Below are positions 27,501 through 39,806 of a DNA stretch of 64,000 bases, in pieces. The number at the start of each line of letters is the position of its first letter. Within the stretch, counting starts at the first letter, position 1. The translations under genes and the position numbers were made by a program. Below the pieces are notes generated by a model. It had not been told where the DNA came from and ran no database searches. It worked only from the letters and a program-made list of their open reading frames with translations. The stretch covers positions 868,001-932,000 of the forward strand of contig NC_045138.2 of the NCBI RefSeq assembly GCF_008831285.2, given 5' to 3'. The stretch comes from Nymphaea colorata. Lineage: Eukaryota.

Positions 27501-28619
27501 AAGGCCCCTTTTTAACACCCATCCCGATGGAGACTGCACCACACTCATAACAAACAAGCTGCTTCATTTACCAGCTCATGAAAGCCTCTCATTTAGAGAT
27601 AAATCGGGCACTTCTTTTTTTAGATACTTGCCAAGTATGTTTCCGTGGTGATTCGGTTCTCTTTATTACTACAATTTTCCTTGTTAGTACTAATTCCTAT
27701 ATAGGACACTGAAAATTCATTTACACTTTTGATTGTTAATTTTAAGTTGAAAATTATTTGGTTTTGTTTCTCAGACCAGACAAAGGATCATCACTACAAT
27801 TTTTTCTCGTTGATCACTTAACTGGTGCTATGTTTTGGGCAATATAAAGGGTGCAGTAGTGGAGCTACTTGTTAACTGGGGCGGGCCACTTCCTACACCA
27901 GCTTATTAAAACTTGCATTATAATGTCCCAACATTACATTGTTGTGACTCCAAAATTATACGCAGTGCCCACAGCAAATTTGTGTAACCAGTGCAAGTGC
28001 TCCATGACTAAAAAGTCTTGTCTCCACCATTGAAAGGGTGTACAGTTCCTTGCTTCCTTGTTAATCACCCTGAAGTTTTCTGTCAAGAAATTCATGGCTT
28101 GAAGCCCATAGTTGAATTTTCCTTACTAGTTTTTTTTCCTGTTTTATTGGAAACACCCCCCCCCCCCCCTCCAAAAGATTGCTAGTGGGGTATAACCCCG
28201 AGGCTGTAGCTTGCTTCAGCAAGAGCAAGGGCTGGTGCCCACATACTACCAACCGCTAGCTGAACGAGGACTCCAAGCTCCTCGAAAGACCTGAGGAGCA
28301 TAGCTGATCGCCAATGGGGAATGACCCCAAGGCTGTAGCATGCTTCAGCAAGAGCAAGGAGCTGGTGCCCACATATTACCAACTGCTGGCTCAACCAAGT
28401 CTCCAAGCTACTCGAAAGGATCAAGGAGCATAGCATATTTGCTCGCATTGGCAGACCGGTAAAGGTCTGGTAGTCAATTAGATTTTCGTAGATGATACTC
28501 ATCTGAATAGTAAATAGTGGATGAATGATAGTACTTTAGTTAATGGGGTGTACCACTCTCTGCCCAAGTCACAAAACAACCATAAACTTTAGGGGCAGGA
28601 GGAAGGGAAATGGGTTTTT

Positions 28620-29081
28620 TGTTGGGATTTCTCCCTCATGCATACACAAAACGATATGCCCTAAATAGGATCATGCTAAATTATTGAATTAAACAAAATA
28701 AACTTAACTGCAGCGTAAGCATACCTGAATCCATCTGAACTGGTGCACAGGAAGATCACAACATGGTCTTCTAGGGTACATGCGGTGCGCGTGAGGTCTC
28801 TCTCAGATGGGGAAGAGAAAACCCTAGAAACCAACATCTCAGGCAACCATTTGCACGACCCCAGGGACCACTACCATTTTATATTAAGGGCAATTACGGA
28901 TTCAACCCATCAAAGAGTCCGTAATTGCAAACAGGTATCGATTCATTTCAAAATTACCCCATACCATATGAAATGACGTAATATCTCAAAACGCAATCAC
29001 TTAAGCGTATATTTACCATAAGACAACCATAATGTCTAAAATTCTTCATAGACATATGCCGACCCACCAAATGATCTTACA
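28620..29081 (-). repeat. Copia 3' LTR (462 bp)
   Basis: Direct repeat of 33702-34169; adjacent to the PPT. Confidence 0.93.
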
Positions 29082-29399
29082 ATCTCCCACTTGGGCTAAA
29101 TATGTTTTTATACATTCAAACATTACATAAAACCTTAGGAACTCATAACTACTATCTTATTAAACGTCATTTTCACCAATCTCGTCCATAATCATATCAA
29201 CACATAACCAAAGCAGCTTTCGCTATGTTAAAATTAGCTAAACCTTCAATGATCACAAATGTTAACACAACCAATGACATAGATCTGATATGGATCTATA
29301 ACATTAGAATTACATGTAACGTGATTACAACATGTCTATTCTCAACTGGTCCAACTTTAAAACGTTATGGAGATCAAAAAACACATAAATACAAAATGA

Positions 29400-32185
29400 G
29401 ACCAAATAACTTTAAACTTTATTTTGTAAAAAACTAAATATGTGTCCATACATAAGAGCAAACAAAATACAAACTCCCAGTAAACTAGCATATCATCCAA
29501 GGATAACACCTTCATACGAACAACATGTTCGTGAAAGACCTTATGTGTTAAACCATTGGTAAGCGGATCTGAAATCATAGAGTTTGTCCAAATATGCTCT
29601 AAAGACACCTAACCATTCTGTATTCTCTCTTTAACAGCCCAAAAATGAATGTCGATGTGCTTCGACTTTGATAAACTGTGGCTGTTATTAGAGTACATGA
29701 TTGTTGAATTATTGTCAAACAACAACCTTAATGGCCTTTCTATACCACTCACAATGCGCAGCTCCGTGACAAAATTCCGTAATAACAAAGCATGATTGGA
29801 TGTCTTGTAACATGCTATGCTACTGTCTTGGCACCCAGCAAAGTCAGAATCTGAATACTCAATGATCTCCAACTGGTCTGATTTATTGTATGTGAGCATA
29901 AAATCTTTTGTTCTTTATAAGTACCTCAAAACTCTTTTGGCTACTTTCAAATTATCCATACCAGGATCACTTAAGTATCTGTCTAACATTTCAACGATAA
30001 ATGCAATATCCGAACGAGTACAGACCTCAGCATACATAAGGCTTCCTACAATAGGCGAATAGGGAATCCTTTCCATTTCCTTAGATTCGATTTCACTTTT
30101 AGGACACTGTTTGAGACTAAACTTGTCTCCTTTAGCAATTGGAGTATCTCGTGGTTTACAATCCTTCATGCCACATCACTGAAGCACCTTATCAATGTAG
30201 GCCTTTTGTGATAATCCAAGAATACCCTAAGAATGATCTCAAAATATTTGGATACCCAATACAAAAGATGTACAACCAAGATCCTTCATGTCAAACTTTG
30301 TTGACAAAATGTCTTAGTTTCATGCAATATGCCTACATCAACTTGCCAGCAATATATCAACGATATATAAAATCGGAAAAATAAATTTGCATCACTGAAG
30401 TTTTGGTATACTCATTCATCAACCATATTAATCTCAAAACCAAATGAAACTATAACTTGATGAAATTTGTAATACCATTGACGGGAAGCATGCTTTAGCT
30501 CATAGATAGGTTGTTGAGTTTGTTCTTCAGTAGGGAGATCGACATCATTGTCTTATTCTGAATATGTTGATGGAACAATGGTAGGAATGAATACCTTACT
30601 ATTGCTTACAACATCCGTATGAGTGGACTCAGGTCCATGTTCAAAGGCAATGCTTCTAACCTGATCACCTCCCCAAACTCAATATCTTCAAAGAAATGGG
30701 CATTTCCCGTTTCAAAGAAAGACTTACTGGATGGATTATAAAACTTATAACTCCTTAATGTTTGTTCATTTTTCCTTTATACATTCAATGCAAACATTAA
30801 AGTCTAAAGAATCAAGGGACTCAAGAATTCTATTCGACATAAGCCTTTTTATTCCCTTTTCAGAAATATATCCTAAGCGCCTATGCCACAACATAACAGA
30901 ATTCTCATTGGCTAATTTTCTTTTAGTACCACTAGGTGTAACATGTAAGGTTTCATGAAATGAAACAACCGTATCAAGCAAATAGATGTTATTGCTATTA
31001 GACAAAGAACCAATGACAATCAAATTTGAATGAAAAAACAACTTAAATTTATTTTCTTCAAATGAACAATAATAATCAAATTTGTGCAGTAAAGAAATAA
31101 AAAATCAAATTTCGTCTAAAAGATAGTACTAGATAAGTTTTCGTCAAATTCAAATAGGAGTCAATCTTTAACAATAACCAAAAATCTGCTATGGCTTCAA
31201 CCTTCGTCTTCTTGTCATCGTCCACTTAGATGAATCTTTCAACATCATTTGGCGTCCGACAATTCAGGTAGCTCTGCAGAGAAACACTTATGTGAGTAGT
31301 AGCAACCGAATCAACCCACCAAGTGTGTCTTGGTACTGAAATTAAATTAACCTCAGAACAAAATCAAAGTGAAAATTGTATCTTTCTTTTTACGCCATGC
31401 GTGATACTTAGCACAATCCTTCTTCATATGACATTCATCCTTGCAAAAGAAACAGCCTGATTTGCCTTCCTTATGCTTCTTCTGTTTCTTAATGGATGCG
31501 TGATCAACTGCAATTTCCTTAACAGTCTTTCTTTTCTTACTTTTAGGCGCAGTAGCCAAGTGAGCACTTTTTATCCTATCATGCTTCAATCTCTCCTCTT
31601 TTTCCACACAGTGCGAAATGAGTTCATTAAGAGAACATTTCTCATTCTAACAGTTATAACTAACTTTAAACTGTCCAAACTGTGGTGGAAGAGAAAGGAG
31701 AACCATATGCACTATAAAGTCTTCAGGTAACCTCAAACCTAGTGCCTGTAATTTTGAAGCAAGATGAGACATTTCCATAATGTGCTCCTGTATGTTCTCC
31801 TTGTCTTTATACCTCAGCGTTACAAGTTTACTCAAAAGAGTGCTTGTTTCAGCCTATTCGTTTTTAGCAAAACGTTTTTCAATCTCTTCGAGGAACGCTT
31901 TGGCACTAGCCTTTTCATTAATTGATTGAGCCTCTAAGTTTTCTGAAATTGATCTCTTCATGATCATTAGACACATGCGGTTTGAGCGTTCTTACCGTTC
32001 AAAGTACCGCTTATCCTCATGGGAACTTTCATCTGTTGGATGAGGTGGGCATGACTCCCTAAATGCAGGGTTTATATCCATACAACCTAGAACAATCATG
32101 ACTGTTTCTTTTCAGTCCTTAAAATTCGAACCATTTAACTCAGGAATAGTACTCAAATTTGCAGATATCATGGAAGCAGAGCTCA
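29400..32185 (-). pseudogene. Fragmented Copia gag-pol
   Basis: ORF-track pieces 32112-32303, 31647-31835, 31353-31607, 30766-31041, 29915-30169, 29609-29899 and 29357-29608 carry gag/IN/RT/RNase H motifs separated by stops, frameshifts and deletions. Confidence 0.88.
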
Positions 32186-33701
32186 CTGTATAACGAACAA
32201 ACCAAAGCATGCTCACAATCAATACATGTACAAAGATGAAACAACAAATATAAACAAATTTAAACACAATGGCCCAAAAACCCATCACAAGGCACCGGTG
32301 CAACGTAAATATCTAATCTTTGGATTGAAATACTATCTGCAAGTGGTATCCTTCGTCAACAATGAATATAGATAATTAACTCTATCAAACAACAAGCCTA
32401 TCTTTGGATTGACTCGCTATTCACATGGAAACCGGAAAATTATCACATATTCATTGCTCTGTATACTTAAACTTGACCAAACAACAATCCTCCTTTGGGT
32501 TGATCATTGCCCGCATGAATCAAGTATACTATTATCTAATGTTCAAAACAGGCAAATTCGTACAACAAAGGTCACTTTGGTAACATAAAGTACAAGCTTA
32601 CTCATTGCGAACAATAGACATGGCCAAAGTTCAATTCATGGTCCAAACATTCACCTAAAGCACATTCACAATTTTAATAACTTGCAAAACATGATACATA
32701 AATTAAAATTGCATACAACATTAACCCTATTTTGAATCCAAGACCAAATGATTCAATGATATGGGATCAAAAGAGTTCAAAATTTGAAAATCAACTGAAC
32801 CGGTCTGGAAAACAACTGAATCGGTTTGAAAATGGTCCGAATCGGTTCTAAAAGGTTCGAACCGGTTATAAATCAAACTGAATCGGTTCTAAACTTAATG
32901 AACTGGTTCTGTTTCAAAACAAACCGTATGGATACGGGTCGGGTCGGACCTGACCCGGTTAGAAAAACTTAAAGCCGGCGGAAGCGGGCGGCATTTTTTT
33001 TTAAAGCTGATGGATCTGGATCGGGTCTGTCAAGACCCGACCCGCCCGCTCGACCGCGCGAGCAGTCGTGGGCGTCGTCTCCACCGCTCGCCTGCCGAAC
33101 GGCAGGCAGACGGTGGCCTTCCACCGGCCACCCGTCGCGATGCCCGGCCGTCCCCCACCGAAAACCGGCCGGAATCGGCCGTTTTTCTACCCTTTTTTTT
33201 ATTTCCGCCCCTTTCTGTTTTTGGGCGCTGAAAACGGTGGCCAGAAAGCCACCGGCAGGCTGTGGGTGGGCACCCGTGCGTCTTACGGTGCCATCCGGCG
33301 ACGGTGAACTCCTCCGCGAGGCTGGACGTGGCCGGACGGAGGTGGGCGAAAACCTTTTCTCCCATCATCGTGCCTCACTGCCCGTTCCTTTCAGAAATCG
33401 AAGGCAGGGTGCACGGCAAGCGAGCAGCCGGCCGTCGCCTGAAGCCGGCGGTTGCTGCCCACCCATCCCGCCTTAACGGCAGAATCCGACCGTTTCTCCT
33501 CCCTTTGTCCCTTTGTCCGGTTGCGACGGAAGCCGACGGCTTCCATCCCCCACGCGATGGAGGCCGTCGCCCCCTTTCCAGATTTTTTTTTTTTTTGAAA
33601 ACAATACTTGCAACCGAAGAAAGGGAACATCTAATGGGGAGACAGACAAAATCATCCAAAAAATCAATGATTTGACAAAGAACATGGTCTCTGACACCAA
33701 T

Positions 33702-34169
33702 TGTTGGGATTTCTCCCTCATGCATACACAAAACGATATGCCCTAAACAGGATCATGCTCATGCTAAATCATTGAATTAAACAAAATAAACTTAACTGTA
33801 GCGGAAGCGTACCTGAATCCATCTGAACTGGTGCACAGGAAGATCACAGCAGGGTCTTTCAAGGTACGTGCGGTGCGCGTGAGGCCTCTCTCGGATGGGG
33901 AAGAGAAAACCCTAAAAATCAACGTCTCAGACAACCATTTGCACGACCCCAGGGACTACTACTATTTTATATTAAGAGCAATTACGGATTCAACCCATCA
34001 AAGAGTCCGTAATTGCAAACAGGTATCTATACATTTCAAAATTACCCTATACCATATAAAATGACGTAATATCCCAAAATGCAATCACTTAAGCAGATAT
34101 TTACCATAAGACAGCTATAATGTCTGAAATTCCTCATATACATATGCCGGCCCACCAAATGATCTTACA
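33702..34169 (-). repeat. Copia 5' LTR (468 bp)
   Basis: Direct repeat of 28620-29081 with a 6-bp duplication; adjacent to the PBS. Confidence 0.93.
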
Positions 34170-35530
34170 TTTTTAGACTCTTCAAGGTATCACTAAGTTT
34201 CTCGAAGCAAATTTTTCTTTAGAAAACCAATTTTTTGAGATTGTCTGAGAATATTGTAGAATACCCGCATTCCTATTACAACAGCATTAATCAGTGGTGT
34301 GGCCTATGTGTTCCAACCTTTGTGTTTTAGTGCTTATACCAATCAAACATTGAACAGAAACCATGAAGTTGTCACTACGTGATTCTTTGAGTACAATAAT
34401 AAGTTGAAGGGTGTGCAGTAGACCACCCAAATCTGAAAACAACTATAAACCTCACGGGCTGAAGTTTTTTTTTTTTTGGGGGGGGGAGGGGTATGGGGAG
34501 GGTGGTGTTGGGGAATGGGGAGAGGGGAGGGCTTCACCTCTCAAGAACTACCATTCATTTGCTTGTGCGTGTATAAACTTCAAGTGCGATGAATAGATAA
34601 TTAATGATTTAATGTGTCTTTAAGTGCCATGCATAGATCCGTGAACATAATCTAACTAATTCACCGCAAATTCATAAGTCCATAGACTTGCATTTGTAAA
34701 TGGACTCAAGAGTTCAGGTTGTTCAAAGTCTTGGCCGCATTTGTTCAGAGAATGAGAATGCAATATAATGTTTGGATTTGAACGAAAATTATCTTAACTT
34801 AATTGACTTGTATAGTCATTGTTTAATATATGATTGCACATTATTCCTTGATACCAATGTCTGGTTGAATTGTGCACTAGAATAATGACAAGGATGCCCT
34901 TGATTAGTAAAGAGGGAAACCCCTGTAAGGACAAAAAAATAGTGAAAAAACTTAAATGTAAAAAAAGGCATTTTTTTTTTAAATCTCTAAAACTCCCCCC
35001 ACGTTTTTTCAACACCCCATATTTGTTGTGTGCACCACCTTAGTGCATGCAATTCACTGCCATATCTGGTGCGGAAACTGACTTGGGTCCCTCGTAAGGA
35101 TGGATTCATTTCAAAAAATTAAAGAAGGAAAATGCCACAACTAATTGGAGCATGTTAAATTGGACATGATTATATGCGCTATATTGGTGCATGGAATTTC
35201 GTGGGTAACATGGTTAATGACTAAAATAACTTCAGTTCACACTAAAGAGAAAAACTTTCTGCAATGACAAAAGTAGACATATAAAAAGTAAAAACACTGT
35301 AAAAAACATTTCTTTTTTAAAACTTATCAAAATATCCTACCTACTCTTTAAGCCTTGTTCTGACATTAAATATGCCTCATATCCTGCGCGGCGAAGGTCA
35401 GCAAATTAATTGGTTTTCCCGTTTTCACATAGGTGTTGATGGAAATCAATCGAAAGTTTCACAGAGAATGAAAGTCAAGCAGCATAAACTGTTAATGATG
35501 ATATTTGTGCACTGTGGACATCCTCCAGAA

Positions 35531-35576
<46 letters not shown>

Positions 35577-35821
35577 CCGGATCATAAATGTGGCACAATT
35601 AACCGTGGTTAAAAAGATCAACCAAGCTCACAAATTGAGGTTTTCACTAAACCACATATGTAGGAGAGAGAACTCACAGATAGAGGCTTTCACTAAACCA
35701 CATATGTAAGAGAGAGAGAGAGATGCAGGAAACTTTCACTCAGTTGATCTTAATATCATTTTATTTAAATGAGAACATGCTTATATCTAGTACATGTCTG
35801 CAATAGTATGGCGGAATTAAT

Positions 35822-37042
35822 CTAGCAGTAGACGTTCTGACCTGGGTCTACGCCAAACTGCTGGCAGAACCGCTGGTAGAAGTTACCCTGGACTGCACCT
35901 TGTCCGGAGCTCCTCCACTGCACTCACCACTGTTAATGGCTCTGATGGTGGAGCCAAAGCCGCCGTCTGTGGTGATCCCTTGGTGGCAGTTGCTGTTGGA
36001 CATCCAAAACCACACTGCTGTCTTGAAAGATATGTCTTTATCCTGAGCCACGATCTCCGGGTTGTTCAAGCCGTCAAAGCCAATGGCCTGCCCTGCTGCA
36101 CCATAGTTGAAGTTCCTGTGTGTGTGTATCCGTAAAAGTAAGAGAGATATCTAGAGAAAGAGAATGAGAGATTTTCAATGTGGTTGTTTTGGTGGCATTT
36201 TATACAAAGAAATAAAAAGGTCATATGGTTGTCGGCTTAATTTCTCTTAATTTCGGTTACCATGGTTTATGGTTTCAAGGGATTAACACCCATGAAAATT
36301 TAATTTCTTTCAAACTTAATTCTTGTTTTAATTAGATCTCAAGGAAAATGATAAATAAAAAAAAGAAGCACAGTCGTCTTTTTGAGAAGGAAATTTGGGT
36401 TTGGGGGGTGGGTGGAAAGGAGCACCAGTGATAAGGCCAAAATGATGCTAGGAAATCATGCACATCTTAACGTATGACAAATTAGTATGTAAATGATTGT
36501 TACCATGATAGCTGCAACGGTCCTCTGCCATAGTAACTTTTGCCTGGAGCACAAGGATATTGCGGGTAGTTTTGATTACAGTGGTCGGAACGATCATCTG
36601 TTTCGCTTATCCTGCAGAAGCCTACAGTTTTCATATTGTCAAAGAAACATATTAAAGACTTTCACTTCATGAGTACCAACTGCTTCTGTAATTTAAAATG
36701 CAAAGTGAGAAAAAATTCTGCATAGTTGATTACTGCCACATAAGTGAGCTAGTTGCTGACATACTTCCTGTTTCATGCATGGCATTAGCAAGGAAAGCAG
36801 CTAGCTCCCTCTTTTGAACGTCGGTGCCGCCGGCCGGTGGTGCCGAAGCCGCCATAACTTTCAGCGGCGGATATGAACGAATCATAGTTGTAGAAGCCTT
36901 TTCCCTCACAACTACCATCTTGAGAAAGGAGGGTATTGAAGAAATCTGAAGTGACAATCGTCCTTGGAGTATCCTGGGCCGAGCCCACTTCCAGGACAAG
37001 AGCTACAAGAACAAACCCAAGAAACTGTGTGTAGCTCTCCAT
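35822..37042 (-). pseudogene. G4: GH19 chitinase pseudogene, subtype B
   Basis: Exons 37042-36765, 36621-36504, 36115-35822. A 4-bp CCGG duplication (36830-36837) frameshifts exon 1 to a stop at 36785. There is a 1-bp deletion at 35884/35885 in exon 3, a 3-bp in-frame insertion (DGSC), and the TATA box reads TCTAAAATA. Confidence 0.9.
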
Positions 37043-37740
37043 GATTCTGTTTATGATCACTTCTCTTGTTATGTCCAGCTTTGTGCATTCTATCTGGTAT
37101 TTTAGAAGCACCAAGTCAATGATCACAAAGACCTGTGGATCGATGTTTTCAGGCAGACGACTGACGGAGATCTTATTAAATTAATGATGTGAGTCAGTGA
37201 TCGCCACAGCTTGGAAAGATCCATGCTCCTTCCCCTTCAATTTTCGGCCACTTCCACATTGACCGGATCCCTACCAGGCAGGCGCTAACCAGGTGAGGCG
37301 GCACACCCATGTAAGCGAGACATTGTGAAAATTTTTGTAAAGTAATCGGCATTTTATAACATTTTTTCTTTTTTCACAATTTTTTTTGACCTTATAAAAA
37401 GTTACTTTTTTATTTGATTGAGGGTATTTTGGTCATTTCACACCTCGATCAATATACATAAATATTGGGTTGGGTTTGATTTAAATACATATTGGGATCA
37501 AATTTCTTTTTAGACAAATATCATATGTTTAATACTTGACATTTTGAAGATTAGCAAAATTCAGTTCAAAATTCTGATTTGGATATAAAAATCAGATTCG
37601 CATTGTCAAATCACATTTTGGATTTGGATATAAATTTGTGATTTTTGGATTTGGATATAAATTTTTTTTATCTTTATTTAAATCCGAATTTGAATTAGAA
37701 TGCGACTATCTCAAAAAACGGGTATGATTAAGAGTATATA

Positions 37741-37846
37741 TCTAAATCCCATCGATTGATGCCCTACTTTTCCCCTACCCTTTAGGGTGTGGGTCTAAAT
37801 CCCATCGATTGATGCCCTACTTTTCCCCTACCCTTTAGGGTGTGGG
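37741..37846. repeat. Tandem duplication 53 bp x2
   Basis: tctaaatcccatcgattgatgccctacttttcccctaccctttagggtgtggg occurs twice. Confidence 0.85.
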
Positions 37847-39132
37847 TGTGTTTGATTGCCCGGTTGAAATAAAAAAATCAGGGTGTGTTTGATTGCCCGG
37901 TTGAAATAAAAAAAATCTAGGACGAGCGGGTGGAATTTCACCCACTCAAAAGTCCGACCTTACAGGTCTGTCTGACTTTTGAGCGGGTGAAATATCACCC
38001 GCTCTTGCTTTTCCCTCTCGTGCCATTACCCTCACAAGATTTCACCTGTCTCATCCTTCCTCCTCAGTGGACGACAGCTTCTCCTCCCTCGTGGTCGAGC
38101 ATATCTCCCTTCTCACCATCGCCGCTCCGCCATCGGCTCTCTCACCATTGCCTTTTCGCCGCTCCCCCAACGCCACAGTCGCCGCTCTCACCGTTGTCTC
38201 CCTTTCTCACGTCTGTCGCCGGCAGGACGTGATTCCCCTGTTCCAGCGTTTTTCAGGTTCAGGCGGAGCTTTGGAATCTTGGCATTAACTCACAGCAGCT
38301 CCGATTGCGCTGTAATCGCGTCCACCGATCCTCAACACATTCAGGAAGGCGACCATATCCTGCTCGACAGCTAGATGCCACCGTAGATAGCACCGGAGAT
38401 GATTCCTTCGCCGCTGGTTTCCGGTAGAACCTGGTAACAAGCTGCGTTAGCGTCTCCCTTGGAGAGATTCGATAGATTACACCAAAATCCCCAAATCAAT
38501 CATAACAGATTAAACAACTAAATGAAAACAAGGGGAAATCATAGAAATGAATCAACAAGGAGGGCGAAATCCCAATTTCAGATGAAGATTGGGGAAGCGG
38601 TTGCCTATCGGCTGATCCCGGTTCTGTTCACCGCCTGCCTATCGGCTGTTCCCGGTTCTGTTCACTGCCTGTCTGTGCCAAACTCTGGCCGGCATAGCTA
38701 TGTAAACTGTCCAAGCAGGCTTGGAGAAGAAGCCCATACGAAGATACAAACAAACGAAAATGCCAAAAACATCATAACCAAGAAGCAATGAGGAGCAGAA
38801 ATTGATGTAATGAAAGTATACGAATCATCTAGTGGAGTCTGTACAGGGGTTCGTTCTTTGTCATGGAACAACATTCATTTATATTTTAATTTTTAATGTA
38901 ATAGGAAGAACATATTCGGCCAAAACTCGTCATTTTTGAAAAAAATTCCTTAATTTTTCTATTAAGTTAAATTCTTCTTCGTGCATCATAAATTTACCAA
39001 GTTAAATTCTTCCTTTGCATCAAACATGACCTCATCATGTGCATCTAAATTTCATTCTGCTTTTTTTTTTCAAAAAAATTTATCGTGATAAATTTACCAC
39101 GTTAAATTCTTCCTTGTGCATCAAATGCTCCC
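37838..39132. mobile_element. Putative non-autonomous PIF/Harbinger (Tourist-like) element with GC-rich interior
   Basis: Left end GGGTGTG(..)TTTGAT, locally duplicated; right end ATCAAATGCTCCC; TTA on both sides. No transposase recognised. Confidence 0.45.
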
Positions 39133-39662
39133 TTAAATATGATGAGAGGAGTGTCTTAAAAATGATAGTCACAAGGACTACTAATTAAAGGCTGAAAATG
39201 ACCAAAACACCGTCACTACCAAATGAAAGGTGACGATTTCAGGCCAAATAATAGGCCTCCAACCATTTTATTAAGAAAAAATTTTCTACATTGTATAGAC
39301 ATCGATGATGACTCAAAAGCCATATTTATGAACCTAACCTGGTTATATAGACCCTATGATATTTTGTTATTAACAAAAATGCTCAGGTTCTTTACCAAAA
39401 AAAAAAATTGTAAAGATGGAAAATAAAATCTCAAAAAGGGAAAGTTCCAAAAGGACCCTTTTTATCAACAATTTCAAAAGTACCCTCCTTTTCCTTTTGG
39501 CGTGTGCTTGTTGCGTGCACCCAGCGGCGCACACAACTTGCTATCTCCATGAACATGATCTGAACGAATCGCCACAATTAGTTGGTGAGTCAATCGACTT
39601 TGCATAAATTTGTACATGGACGTGCGGTTGAGGTTGTTCACGGCGAGAAATGGTTCGATTCC

Positions 39663-39806
39663 TGGACCATTTCTATGAGGAAATATATCATCTTTAAGTA
39701 ATTGACTTGGTGGACCATTTCTATGAGGAAATATATCATCTTTAAGTAATTGACTTGGTGGACCATTTCTATGAGGAAATATATCATCTTTAAGTAATTG
39801 ACTTGG
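39663..39806. repeat. Perfect tandem repeat 48 bp x3
   Basis: Unit tggaccatttctatgaggaaatatatcatctttaagtaattgacttgg. Confidence 0.92.

Larger units (their letters stand above)
28620..34169 (-). mobile_element. Ty1/Copia LTR retrotransposon, degenerate and internally deleted
   Basis: Two TG...CA LTRs with a TTTTT TSD (28615-28619 / 34170-34174). PBS-like TGGTGTCAGAGA (33699-33688; initiator-Met type, 2 mismatches) and PPT AGTGGGAGAT next to 29081. Remnants occur in Copia order: gag with zinc knuckle CFFCKDECHMKKDC, protease WWVDSVATTH, GAG-pre-integrase LWHRRLGYIS...CIEC, RT IYELKHASRQWY and YSPIVGSLMYA, RNase H YSDSDFAG and SKHIDI. Confidence 0.95.

Noticed and set aside
33010..33746. Cluster of overlapping ORFs in GC-rich DNA
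   Set aside because: It lies in the Copia leader/LTR; stop-poor composition, no domain recognised.
35822..37042. G4 +4 and -1 indels summing to +3 as a frame-restoring pair
   Set aside because: The shifted frame stops at 36785 within exon 1, long before the second indel.
37770..37846. Telomere-like TTTAGGG
   Set aside because: A single heptamer per 53-bp duplicated unit, not a tandem telomeric tract.
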